From: Waterburya sp.
GTDB lineage: Bacteria; Cyanobacteriota; Cyanobacteriia; Cyanobacteriales; Xenococcaceae
DNA length: 64,000 bases
Assembly (NCBI GenBank): GCA_965217895.1
Contig: CBDCJV010000002.1
Coordinates: forward strand, 32,001-96,000
Direction of reading: 5' to 3'
Below the pieces are notes generated by a model that had not been told where the DNA came from, ran no database searches, and saw only the letters and a program-made list of their open reading frames with translations. A program made the position numbers and the translations under genes. How positions within the stretch are numbered: position 1 is the first letter of the stretch; each line of letters starts with the position of its first letter. Of this stretch, positions 32,169-41,761 are shown in pieces.

Positions 32169-32258
32169 ACGAGTCTTGATTGTGCCAATCAGACAAGATA
32201 GCTAAAGCTTTTGGTTGAGGTTGTCTTGAATGATTGGTCACAGATTACTCCGCCACGT

Positions 32259-32307
32259 CCCGCATGAAGCTGTTCCTAAACGGAACAGCACGGGGACTTC
32301 TAAACGG
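32259..32307 (+). repeat. GC-rich dispersed repeat (second copy at 48196-48244)
   Basis: CCCGCAT(G/A)AAGCTGTTCC-N5/6-GGAACAGCACGGGGAC..CTAAACGG at both sites. Confidence 0.85.
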
Positions 32308-32559
32308 ACGGAGCCTGCTGTGACCGTTGGTCAGTCTAATCATAACTTTGAACTATTGGTTCAAAATTATTAATAGTAAAGAGAACTTAACGGTGAAAAA
32401 TTTAAGTTAAATAACTTGTATTAGCAACCGTGTTTTAACAAAATTACTGCCTGATAATATTTAATATTGAAGGTGGTAACTAAAAGCCAAAAATGAGTGG
32501 CAAAAAATAGCAATATTAAACTCATTTTTCACCCTACAGGAGAATTCTACCCATAACCT

Positions 32560-34758
32560 ATGGCAACTAAATTCCCGAAATTTAGCCAGGATCTCGCCCA
32601 AGATCCGACTACTCGTCGGCTCTGGTACGGAATTGCCACTGCTCATGATTTTGAGCTTCATGATGGTATGACCGAGGAAAATCTTTACCAGAAGATTTTT
32701 GCCTCCCATTTTGGTCATATCGCCATCATCTTTCTGTGGACTTCCGGTACTCTGTTCCATGTGGCTTGGCAAGGTAACTTTGAACAGTGGATAAAAGATC
32801 CTTTAAACACAAGCCCGATCGCCCATGCGATTTGGGATCCTCACTTTGGTAAAGGCGCAATTGATGCTTTTACTCAAGGTGGTGCTTCTAACCCAGTAAA
32901 CATTGCCTATTCTGGTGTATACCACTGGTTTTATACCATTGGTATGACTACTAACCAAGAGTTATATCAAGGATCGATTTTCTTATTGATTCTTTCTTCT
33001 ATCTTCTTGTTTGCTGGTTGGTTGCATTTACAGCCCAAGTTCCGTCCTAGCCTAGCTTGGTTTAAAAATGCTGAGTCTCGCCTCAACCATCATCTAGCTG
33101 GTTTGTTTGGGGTAAGCTCCTTGGCTTGGACTGGACACCTAGTTCACGTTGCTATCCCCGAATCTCGCGGACAGCACGTAGGTTGGGATAACTTTCTATC
33201 TACTCCTCCTCATCCCGCAGGTTTAGGGCCTTTCTTTAGCCTGAACTGGGGTGTGTATGCTCAGAATCCTGATACTGCTAATCATGTATTTGGTACTTCT
33301 GAGGGAGCGGGAACAGCTATCCTAACTTTCTTAGGTGGTTTCCATCCTCAAACTGAGTCTCTCTGGTTAACAGATATTGCTCATCATCATCTGGCGATCG
33401 CAGTTATCTTTATCATTGCTGGACATATGTACCGTACCAACTTTGGTATTGGTCACAGCATCAAAGAGATCCTAGAAACTCACAAGCCACCTAAAGGCGG
33501 TTTGGGTGAAGGACATAAAGGAATGTACGACACTTTAAATAATTCGTTACATTTCCAGTTAGCTCTAGCTTTGGCTAGTTTGGGTACTGTTACCTCTTTG
33601 GTAGCGCAGCATATGTACTCGCTACCTTCTTATGCCTTCATTGCCAGGGACTACACAACTCAAGCAGCTTTATATACTCACCATCAGTATATTGCTGGTT
33701 TCTTGATGGTTGGTGCATTTGCTCACGGTGCAATATTCCTAGTTAGGGACTATGACCCCGAAGCGAACAAAAACAACGTACTGTCAAGAGTCTTGGATCA
33801 CAAAGAAGCGATTATTTCCCACTTAAGCTGGGTATCTCTCTTCCTTGGTTTCCATACCTTGAGCTTGTATGTACACAATGATGTAGTAGTAGCTTTTGGT
33901 ACGCCTGAAAAGCAAATCTTGATCGAACCTGTATTCGCTCAGTTTGTTCAAGCTGCTTCTGGTAAAGCTCTCTATGGATTTGACACCTTACTGTCTAACC
34001 CCGATAGTATCGCTCAAACTGGTGCAGCCTGGCTGCCTGGTTGGTTGGATGCTATCAACAGTGGCACAAACTCTTTGTTTTTAACAATTGGACCTGGAGA
34101 TTTCTTAGTTCACCATGCGATCGCGCTAGGTCTACACACCACTACTTTGATTTTAGTCAAAGGTGCTTTAGACGCTCGCGGTTCCAAACTAATGCCCGAC
34201 AAAAAAGACTTCGGTTTTGCTTTCCCTTGTGATGGCCCTGGTCGTGGCGGTACTTGTGATATCTCAGCTTGGGATTCGTTCTACCTAGCTATGTTCTGGA
34301 TGCTCAACACCCTGGGCTGGCTGACCTTCTACTGGCATTGGAAACATTTGGGGATCTGGCAGGGTAACGTTGCTCAGTTCAACGAAAACTCTACCTACCT
34401 CATGGGTTGGTTCCGTGATTATCTCTGGGCAAACTCGGCTCAATTGATCAATGGTTATAACCCTTACGGTGTAAATAACCTTTCTGTTTGGGCTTGGATG
34501 TTCCTCTTTGGACACCTAGTTTGGGCGACTGGTTTCATGTTCCTCATCTCTTGGCGTGGTTATTGGCAAGAGCTGATCGAAACTATTGTATGGGCGCACG
34601 AGCGTACTCCTCTGGCTAACTTAGTTCGCTGGAAAGACAAGCCCGTTGCTATGTCCATTGTTCAAGGTCGTGTAATTGGTTTAGCTCACTTCACGGTGGG
34701 TTATGTCCTGACCTATGCAGCATTCCTAATTGCTTCTACGGCTGGTAAATTTGGTTAG
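32560..34758 (+). CDS. psaB: Photosystem I P700 apoprotein A2
   Basis: [32 protein letters not shown]. Confidence 0.99.
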   Translation: MATKFPKFSQDLAQDPTTRRLWYGIATAHDFELHDGMTEENLYQKIFASHFGHIAIIFLWTSGTLFHVAWQGNFEQWIKDPLNTSPIAHAIWDPHFGKGAIDAFTQGGASNPVNIAYSGVYHWFYTIGMTTNQELYQGSIFLLILSSIFLFAGWLHLQPKFRPSLAWFKNAESRLNHHLAGLFGVSSLAWTGHLVHVAIPESRGQHVGWDNFLSTPPHPAGLGPFFSLNWGVYAQNPDTANHVFGTSEGAGTAILTFLGGFHPQTESLWLTDIAHHHLAIAVIFIIAGHMYRTNFGIGHSIKEILETHKPPKGGLGEGHKGMYDTLNNSLHFQLALALASLGTVTSLVAQHMYSLPSYAFIARDYTTQAALYTHHQYIAGFLMVGAFAHGAIFLVRDYDPEANKNNVLSRVLDHKEAIISHLSWVSLFLGFHTLSLYVHNDVVVAFGTPEKQILIEPVFAQFVQAASGKALYGFDTLLSNPDSIAQTGAAWLPGWLDAINSGTNSLFLTIGPGDFLVHHAIALGLHTTTLILVKGALDARGSKLMPDKKDFGFAFPCDGPGRGGTCDISAWDSFYLAMFWMLNTLGWLTFYWHWKHLGIWQGNVAQFNENSTYLMGWFRDYLWANSAQLINGYNPYGVNNLSVWAWMFLFGHLVWATGFMFLISWRGYWQELIETIVWAHERTPLANLVRWKDKPVAMSIVQGRVIGLAHFTVGYVLTYAAFLIASTAGKFG

Positions 34759-34795
34759 CGATATCCGTAATTTAGTTTGTAACTAAGTAATTAGT

Positions 34796-34823
34796 TCCCC
34801 TGCCTTCGGGTAGGGGATTTTTT
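34796..34823 (+). terminator. Intrinsic terminator of psaAB
   Basis: TCCCCTGCC-TTCG-GGTAGGGGA followed by TTTTTT. Confidence 0.85.
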
Positions 34824-35056
34824 ATGCTTAAATTTTTATTTAGATATAGCCAGCAGCTATTAGCGAAACGCTTTTCCCAACTTAATTAGCTATTTAAGAT
34901 CAGTATTAATAATCTCTGATATGCAACTTTAGTTAGAAGCTATCTATAAAAAATATAGATAGGTTGTAATTATTGAGACGTTTGATGTTGTGTTTATGCA
35001 AAAATTACACTTCAAAAAAATCATCTCACCACAAAAATTAGCCAAGAACCAAATTC

Positions 35057-35575
35057 ATGAATATTGTCAAAAAACTACGGATTAAGCGAATTGCAAGTGC
35101 TTTCATGCTAGTAACTTTTTTATTTTTTACCACAGCCTGTAACAGTGGCGACAAACAAGGCGCGCGTCCGAATAATTCCCCTGTTCAAGTCGGCGGAGAA
35201 AACAATCCTCATAAAGCAGGTGGAGATGGTATGAGCCAATATAAATCTCCTGTTAATGACTCTAAATTAAATAAAGCTCAGAGTAGAGCAAACTTATCAG
35301 CAGAATTGCTTTTGGCAGCAGCAAATAAAAGCGAAACTAGTTATCCTACCAATGACAGTCAAGTGGACGGGTTGCTCTATTCGGACTCAGATGAAGTCAA
35401 ATCTTTGAACAGTGTCGATGAATTCGTTAGTCCTCAGAGACAAGAGGCACTAAAAGATCCTAGTCAAATTCCTGCGGTTCAACAAACAGCTATCGATCGC
35501 ACCGATCCTAACAACAAGCTTTTAGAAAAAACCAAACAGATGTTTGATGATGCTGGCAATTTTTCAGCCAATTAA
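35057..35575 (+). CDS. Hypothetical lipoprotein (cyanobacterial stress-cluster type)
   Basis: Signal peptide ending FTTAC; GARPNNSPVQVGGENNPHKAGGDG block. Confidence 0.75.
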   Translation: MNIVKKLRIKRIASAFMLVTFLFFTTACNSGDKQGARPNNSPVQVGGENNPHKAGGDGMSQYKSPVNDSKLNKAQSRANLSAELLLAAANKSETSYPTNDSQVDGLLYSDSDEVKSLNSVDEFVSPQRQEALKDPSQIPAVQQTAIDRTDPNNKLLEKTKQMFDDAGNFSAN

Positions 35576-35630
35576 TCATAACTTTAATGCTTGTAATTAA
35601 ATTTACCGAAACACAAGGAGAACAATAACT

Positions 35631-36194
35631 ATGTCACAAGAATTAGAAGGAATAAACATCGCTATTTTAGTCGCTGATGGTTTTGAACAAGTAGAAATGA
35701 CTCAGCCTCGTCAAGCCTTTAATGATGAAGGTGCAAGCACCTATATTATTTCTCCTATGGGGGAACAAGTGCGCGGTTGGAATCACTTTGATAAAGCAGA
35801 TGAATTTATAGTTGATTTGCCTTTAGACAAAGCTAATCCTGAAGATTATGATGCACTCTTGCTTCCAGGCGGTGTGGCAAATCCAGATCAGTTAAGGACA
35901 AATGAAACAGCCGTCAAGTTTATCAAAACTTTTTTTGAAGCAGACAAACCAGTGGCAGCTATTTGTCATGGTTCTTGGACGTTGATTGAAGCAGATGTGG
36001 TTAAAGGATGCAAGATTACATCCTGGCCTTCGCTTAAAACCGATCTCAAAAATGCAGGTGCAAACTGGGTAGACGAAGAAGTGGTAGTAGACGGCAATTT
36101 AGTTACCAGTCGCAACCCCGATGATATACCAGCATTTATCGATGCAACGATCGCCTTATTTTCCAGCCTAAAAGCTAAGTCTAAATCAGCTTAA
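35631..36194 (+). CDS. DJ-1/PfpI family protein (glyoxalase III/deglycase)
   Basis: DGFEQVE, LLLPGG, AAICHG and TSRNPDD motifs. Confidence 0.93.
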   Translation: MSQELEGINIAILVADGFEQVEMTQPRQAFNDEGASTYIISPMGEQVRGWNHFDKADEFIVDLPLDKANPEDYDALLLPGGVANPDQLRTNETAVKFIKTFFEADKPVAAICHGSWTLIEADVVKGCKITSWPSLKTDLKNAGANWVDEEVVVDGNLVTSRNPDDIPAFIDATIALFSSLKAKSKSA

Positions 36195-36239
36195 AGACAA
36201 ATTTCAACTATTTTCCCAACACCAAGTAAGAAGTATTTT

Positions 36240-36716
36240 ATGAGTTCTCAATCAGCAGCCGAACAAAAAGTCTATCATCTTCATTCTCTAGATATGGACG
36301 AACAGCTAGCAGTTCTCTGGTATGTCTACCGAGATTTTGTTAAAGAGAATATAACTCCTGAAGCAGAACGCCCTGATGAAAATCTAGAAAAGTCGTCAGA
36401 CTTAATCGAGCAAGTCAAGCAAATGTCTCCTGAAGACCAGCTACAGGTGCAGCGCGATCTGATCGTTGGCAAAGATAGGGCAGAATTTCAAACTTACAAA
36501 GAGTATTCTTCCAATCAAAAACTCTTTTTTTGGTATTGCCTAGCATCAGAAATGGAACGAGGTAATGCAGTGCAAATACCCGATGACTATCGCTTGTCCC
36601 CCGATGCACAGCAACTGTTAGATTCTGTTAAAGAATTAGACTTTACCAATAAGCTGGTCTTTATTAAAGATGTAGTTGGTCTTGGTGCAGCACAAAGTAC
36701 TGAGGAAAAGGTCTAA
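36240..36716 (+). CDS. Helical carotenoid protein (OCP N-terminal-domain homologue)
   Basis: DEQLAVLWYVY, QVKQMSPEDQLQVQRDL and NQKLFFWYCLA motifs. Confidence 0.8.
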   Translation: MSSQSAAEQKVYHLHSLDMDEQLAVLWYVYRDFVKENITPEAERPDENLEKSSDLIEQVKQMSPEDQLQVQRDLIVGKDRAEFQTYKEYSSNQKLFFWYCLASEMERGNAVQIPDDYRLSPDAQQLLDSVKELDFTNKLVFIKDVVGLGAAQSTEEKV

Positions 36717-36782
36717 ATTATTCTATTTTCAAGGCGATCGCTTTATAAAGCGATCGCCTCATATCTTATTTAATTTAAAATC

Positions 36783-37457
36783 ATGATCAAAGCAATAATT
36801 TTCGATCTCGATGGTACTTTAGTTGATTCAGTTGATTATCATGCTCAAGCTTGGGTCAAAGCTTTTCAAGAATATGGTTATGACTTTGCTTATGATAAAT
36901 TACGCGAGCAGATCGGCAAAGGTAGTGAATATATTATTGGTGAATTGCTTGACCCAGATGAAGCAAAAAAATTAGAGTCAGATATTGCCGAATACCGCAA
37001 ACAATATTATCAAGAGCATCTTTTAGAAAAAGTCCAGCCTTTTCCTCAAGTAAAAGAACTGTTTAAAGCTATCAAGGCAGACGGAATCAAGATTGTTTTG
37101 GCATCCTCAGCGAGAACAGAAACTATTGCTCACTATAAGAAAATATTAGAAATTGAAGATTTAATCGACGGTTCGGTTTCTACCGATGATGTTGAAAAGT
37201 CCAAACCCGAACCAGATATATTTCTCTCCGCATTAGAAAAATTGGCTGGTATTCCTGTCGAGTCAGTTATTTTGGTTGGAGATAGTCCCTATGATGCGAT
37301 CGCTGCTGGCAAAATATCTTTACGCACTATCGCTGTCCTCGGTGGTGGCTTTGAGCGTGAAACCTTGACTCTGGCGGGTTGTGTTGCTATTTATCAAGAC
37401 CCTGCTGATTTATTGGCTAATTACCCCCAATTTCTAAAAATAGACGAGATTGGCTAG
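36783..37457 (+). CDS. HAD-superfamily hydrolase
   Basis: DLDGTLVDS, SKPEPDIF and GDSPYD motifs. Confidence 0.9.
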   Translation: MIKAIIFDLDGTLVDSVDYHAQAWVKAFQEYGYDFAYDKLREQIGKGSEYIIGELLDPDEAKKLESDIAEYRKQYYQEHLLEKVQPFPQVKELFKAIKADGIKIVLASSARTETIAHYKKILEIEDLIDGSVSTDDVEKSKPEPDIFLSALEKLAGIPVESVILVGDSPYDAIAAGKISLRTIAVLGGGFERETLTLAGCVAIYQDPADLLANYPQFLKIDEIG

Positions 37458-37724
37458 TATCGCTCCGCTTGAGTAACGAGTAACAAGTTAAATTTCGCTA
37501 CTAGTTTCAAGCTAAATAAAAGACTACTTTATTTAAGCTCATGTCTACTAGATTAATTAGACAAATACTTATTATGATGACATTTATCGAAGAAAAAAGA
37601 GGAACAATTCAAAAGCTTGTCAAATTTATTAGTGAGCTATTAAATAAACTGTCTAGCTGGTTGCAACCTCGTCGTCGATAATGTGGGGCGATCAATCATT
37701 GCTTATTGGTCATCGATCATTGAT

Positions 37725-38468
37725 TCAAAGCGGTTGCTTTTCTGGAACACCGACTTCGCGAGGAAATTTCTTGGATGTTGGAGAATGTTTACGGATATAT
37801 ATACAATGGCGTACTCCTTGACTAATAGGAGTTTCCCAAGGATAAATTAATTCAATTTTGCAGCCCAACTTAGCTACAGCCGACTTTAAACTGGCAGTAT
37901 CTGACTTGCTCCAGTGTCCACGGTAAAGAACAGCCAGTCCGCCTACCTTCACTAGCGGTAAGCTATATTCAGCACAGACAGAGGCTTTACTTACGGCTCG
38001 TACTAAAGCCAAATCGTAAGCTTGGCGATCGCCTGGAATTCTACCTAAGTCTTCGGCGCGGGCAACTATACCAGTGGCATTATTTAACTTAAGTTTAGTG
38101 ATTAGATCATTAACAAAAGTGATTTTCTTACGGGTAGAGTCTAGCAGGGTAATTTTCCAGAGAGGAAAAGCGATCGCTAAAGGAATACCAGGAAAACCCG
38201 CTCCTGTACCAATATCAATCACCTGGAGTTTTTGAGCTAAAAAATCTTGCTCCAAACCAACTATTCCTGAGAGAGAATCCCAAAGGTGTTTTTCCCAAAA
38301 GTCTTCTGGTATAGTAATGCGAGTTAGATTCTGTTGACGATTTCCTTCGATAACTTCTTGATAAACCCATTGAAATAATTGCTCTTGGGCTGAGTCGGGC
38401 TGCCAATTGAGGCTTTGCTGCCAAACTGTTGTCATTTGGGGCAATCTATTAGTTTCGATCTGACTCAT
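37725..38468 (-). CDS. rsmG: 16S rRNA m7G527 methyltransferase
   Basis: NLTRI, KHLWDSL, DIGTGAGFPG and RAV motifs. Confidence 0.95.
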   Translation of the reverse strand: MSQIETNRLPQMTTVWQQSLNWQPDSAQEQLFQWVYQEVIEGNRQQNLTRITIPEDFWEKHLWDSLSGIVGLEQDFLAQKLQVIDIGTGAGFPGIPLAIAFPLWKITLLDSTRKKITFVNDLITKLKLNNATGIVARAEDLGRIPGDRQAYDLALVRAVSKASVCAEYSLPLVKVGGLAVLYRGHWSKSDTASLKSAVAKLGCKIELIYPWETPISQGVRHCIYIRKHSPTSKKFPREVGVPEKQPL

Positions 38469-38479
38469 AAGCTTTTAGG

Positions 38480-39127
38480 TTATCGATTCAATGCCACTGG
38501 CTCAACGGGCTGGAGATCTCCATGGCTAATTGTCCAACAGCGATCGGCTATGTCGATCAACTCTCCAGGATCGTGAGTAACTATTAACAATGTCCAATGT
38601 TCTTTTAAATTTTTCAGCAGTTTAGCTAGTTGAAGCCTCATCGACCAATCTAATCCTGCTGTTGGCTCATCTAACATCAGTACATTAGGCTGACGAATTA
38701 GCTGTACTGCCAAAGCCAACCGACGCTGTTGCCCACCACTAAGATCGTGGGGAGATATTTTTAAAGATACATGATCTAATCCTACCTCGCTCAAAGCATC
38801 TTTGACTCTTTTTAGATCTAGTTCTGGATGACCTAAGCGCAATTCTTCTAAAATAGTACCACCACAAAAATGCCGTTCAGGAAACTGAAACACTAATCCT
38901 GCTAGCTGCTGTAGTTCAACATCTGTAAGTTGTTTTGTCCGCCAAAGAATTTCCCCTTTAGTAGGTTGTGCCAATCCCGCTAAAATCTCTAAAATAGTAG
39001 TCTTACCTGAACCACTTGCTCCGACTATTAATCCTAGTTTCTGTGCTGGAAGTTCTAGGTTAATATTTTTCAGGATGGGTTGAACAGTAGCAGGAGGATG
39101 ATAAGTTAAATTTTGCAGACGGAGCAT
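38480..39127 (-). CDS. ABC transporter ATP-binding protein (ECF/CbiO-like)
   Basis: GASGSGKT, VFQFPE, LSGGQ and LDEPTAGLD motifs. Confidence 0.92.
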   Translation of the reverse strand: MLRLQNLTYHPPATVQPILKNINLELPAQKLGLIVGASGSGKTTILEILAGLAQPTKGEILWRTKQLTDVELQQLAGLVFQFPERHFCGGTILEELRLGHPELDLKRVKDALSEVGLDHVSLKISPHDLSGGQQRRLALAVQLIRQPNVLMLDEPTAGLDWSMRLQLAKLLKNLKEHWTLLIVTHDPGELIDIADRCWTISHGDLQPVEPVALNR

Positions 39128-39296
39128 TATTTAATCACCTAGATTTTTATAACTTAATTATAGGCTCTTTAATTGAGCCAGGTTCAATTTAGCTTTTGTG
39201 CTGGTTAATAATAATATTGCTTCTATTTTCAGGAACTAGATTTTTGTTGCTCACGTCAATGTTTATCAAACTTACTAATAATTATAATTAAGCATA

Positions 39297-40244
39297 ATGA
39301 AAAAAGAAACTAAATTTGCTAGTTTTAAAACTCAGTTGCAACAAACAATTTGGACTTTACCATTAAGCATTACTATGATTATTGGTCTTAGTAGTACAGC
39401 TTGTGCAGCAGATCCTTTCCGTCAAAAAAACCCTCGTGATATTGATAAATATACCGAACAAGCATTTGAAACCATTTTTTTCAAAGGAGACTACAAAACA
39501 GTTAGCGATCAATTATTAAAGGCTGAAGCAGAAACACCAGATGAACCTCTGACTTATGCCCTGCTTGCTTCTTTAGCTTATACCGAAAAAGAAAAAGACT
39601 GGGAAGGCATCAAAAAATACGCTGATAAGACTTTAGAGTCAGCCCAATTGTTAAGCCAAAGCGATCCTCTACGGGGCAATCTTTATTTGGCAGTAGGTCA
39701 TTTTTTAGATGGTGCTTATGTTTATCAAAAAGACGGGGCTTTAGATGCTATTAATAAGCTACAGTTGGTCTTCAAATATCTCGATCAAGCAGAAGATAGC
39801 GATCCTAATGATCCTGAATTGAACTTGATTAAAGGCTATATGGATTTGTTATTAGCCGTTAACCTGCCTTTTTCTAAACCAGAACAGGCAATCGCCCGTT
39901 TTGAATCCAATGCTGCACCTAATTATTTGGTGGATAGAGGTTTGGCAGTGGCATATCGCGATTTGAAACAATATGATAAGGCCTTAGAATATGCCAATAA
40001 AGCTATAAAAGCTGCTCCCGATAATCCAGAACATTATTATCTCAAAGGGCAGATTCTCAGACAAATTGGCAAAAAGAAAGATGATATTCAGGTTTTAGAA
40101 GAAGCTACACAAAACTTTACCTTAGCCCTAAATAAATCAGCACAATTACCAGACTTTGTTTTGGAAACCCTGGAAAAAGAAAATCGTTTGACTCAAGAGA
40201 AAATTGCTGAACTTAAATCAGGACAAGCTAATCTTCAAAATTGA
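39297..40244 (+). CDS. Sll0314/Alr1548-like TPR protein
   Basis: ADPFR after a signal peptide; DPLRGNLYLAVGHFL; DPELNLIKGYMDL; C-terminal TPR. Confidence 0.8.
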   Translation: MKKETKFASFKTQLQQTIWTLPLSITMIIGLSSTACAADPFRQKNPRDIDKYTEQAFETIFFKGDYKTVSDQLLKAEAETPDEPLTYALLASLAYTEKEKDWEGIKKYADKTLESAQLLSQSDPLRGNLYLAVGHFLDGAYVYQKDGALDAINKLQLVFKYLDQAEDSDPNDPELNLIKGYMDLLLAVNLPFSKPEQAIARFESNAAPNYLVDRGLAVAYRDLKQYDKALEYANKAIKAAPDNPEHYYLKGQILRQIGKKKDDIQVLEEATQNFTLALNKSAQLPDFVLETLEKENRLTQEKIAELKSGQANLQN

Positions 40245-40309
40245 AGTATTGGCTTCTTGAGTCCAATTCCCATTGTTGGGCAATCTCAATCTATAGATAA
40301 AATAAACTG

Positions 40310-40440
40310 ATACCAAATCCGATTGACAGAGGTTATTTATGTAGGCTGACGCTTGAGACGAGGGGACGCTTGAGACTGGGGGATGAATTAATCTTCGGGA
40401 CTTCTTTTTTAAGTAACCTATACCAACACCGATTTAGTAT
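40310..40440. repeat. MITE-like element containing a GACGCTTGAGAC direct repeat
   Basis: Ends ATACCAAATCC / CGATTTAGTAT, related to the 25662 element ends. GACGCTTGAGAC occurs twice inside. Confidence 0.5.
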
Positions 40441-40517
40441 AATAAGCTGTAAAACATTTAATTTACTGCTAGATTTGCTCTACTAGGATATTTCATGTTA
40501 TTCATACATGCGATTCG

Positions 40518-40778
40518 TTAATAGTGATATCGGCAAGAAATGATTTTGATGTAGTCTTCCCCTACTCGATAAACCAATCTGTTTGTTTCATCAATCCTTC
40601 TCGACCAGTAGCCAGAAAGATTCTCTTTTAAAGGTTCGGGTTTGCCAATCCCATCAAACGGAGTAACCAAAATATCTCGGATTAGTCGATTAATTCTCTT
40701 AAAAGTCTTTTTATCTTGACCCTGCCAGTAGATATAATCCTGCCAAGCTTCGATGTCCCAGATTAAATCACGCATCAA
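40518..40778 (-). CDS. yoeB: Txe/YoeB toxin (mRNA interferase)
   Basis: AWQDYIYWQ, PFDGIGKPEPLK, WSRRI and CRYHY motifs. Confidence 0.95.
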   Translation of the reverse strand: MMRDLIWDIEAWQDYIYWQGQDKKTFKRINRLIRDILVTPFDGIGKPEPLKENLSGYWSRRIDETNRLVYRVGEDYIKIISCRYHY

Positions 40779-41022
40779 TCAAGTCATGGTGTTGCCCTTT
40801 CCCAGCTTCATCTCTGGCGATCGCCTCTATCAAATGTTTGGCATTAGCAGGAGACCTCATCAAATATAATGTCTCCATGATCGAATCGTAATGGCTTTTT
40901 GATAGCAGCACTACATCCTCGTGATTTCTCCTTTTTATTAAGGTAGCGTCGCGATTATCACTCACCCGATCCAAGACCTGTTTAAAGTTTTCTCTCGCTT
41001 CTGAGTAATTAACTATTTCCAT
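40768..41022 (-). CDS. yefM: YefM/Phd antitoxin
   Basis: YSEARENF and ETLYLMRSPANAKHL motifs; overlaps yoeB by 11 nt. Confidence 0.95.
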   Translation of the reverse strand: MEIVNYSEARENFKQVLDRVSDNRDATLIKRRNHEDVVLLSKSHYDSIMETLYLMRSPANAKHLIEAIARDEAGKGQHHDLIDA

Positions 41023-41079
41023 CTTGCTTTAAATTGCCCTTAAATAAGTACAAGTATAGCCTAAAAATTCGCCGCTCCA

Positions 41080-41192
41080 ATTTCAATCCTTGATCGCCCC
41101 GAAGGACGAGCGCAACAGCGTAATTCAGCTAAAGCTCGATTCTGCCAGCAAGCGAGTTTCAATCCTCGATCGCCCCAAAGGACGACCGCAAT
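41080..41192 (-). CRISPR. Minimal CRISPR array: two degenerate 37-bp type I-C-like repeats and one 39-bp spacer
   Basis: Repeats at 41080-41116 and 41156-41192. Inferred minus-strand consensus GTTGCGGTCGTCCTTCGGGGCGATCGAGGATTGAAAC has a hairpin and an ATTGAAAC end. Spacer at 41117-41155. Lies near the cas3 relic. Confidence 0.8.
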
Positions 41193-41209
41193 AACGTGAG
41201 TTATATTAG

Positions 41210-41578
41210 ATGTATAAACAACTACAAAGGAAAAAGAAGATGCAAACTAAAAAACAAGCCCGCGAACAACAATTAAAGTTAAATGACAAAAAAACAAAGC
41301 AAAATAAACCCCAAGTAATAATAGGCGGACGAGGTATTAAATCCACCATATACCCAAAAGGACACGACTATAATGCAATGTACATTCAAGAAGCTAAAGA
41401 AAGAAAACAGCAGGAAGATTTACTTTGGGCTATATTACCAAAAGTCTTTGTTGGTTTTATCATCTTAGTCACATGGCTTAACGTCACAGCACCTAAGCAA
41501 GAAGTAGAAGAAACACAACCAGTAAACTTTGAGCCTAGTTTATTGGAAAAATTTTGGTGGAATCTAAATGAAAACTAA
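41210..41578 (+). CDS. Orphan hypothetical membrane protein
   Basis: 122-aa ORF with a basic N-terminus and one TM helix (LLWAILPKVFVGFIILVTWL). Confidence 0.55.
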   Translation: MYKQLQRKKKMQTKKQAREQQLKLNDKKTKQNKPQVIIGGRGIKSTIYPKGHDYNAMYIQEAKERKQQEDLLWAILPKVFVGFIILVTWLNVTAPKQEVEETQPVNFEPSLLEKFWWNLNEN

Positions 41579-41761
41579 AGAGATAATTAGCTATTTTCCT
41601 CAAGAGGTTAGTTTAGACTTATTTAAGTTAGACCTTACCGAACAATATAGGCAGCAGCAAGTTTCAATACTACTGTAATGGAGAATTAAAGAAGCTTTTC
41701 TTGGCATTAGATTTTTGTCTTACTACTTCTTTAGTATAAATGGGTCTTGAGAACAGGATTT

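Noticed and set aside
29907..34758. Far-red (FaRLiP) psaA2/psaB2 paralogues
   Set aside because: The sequences look canonical, and no rfpABC, chlF or apc paralogues are present in the window.
37695..37723. Heptamer-like tandem repeats (TCATTGC/TTATTGG/TCATCGA/TCATTGA)
   Set aside because: Short and degenerate; ordinary cyanobacterial STRR-type sequence.
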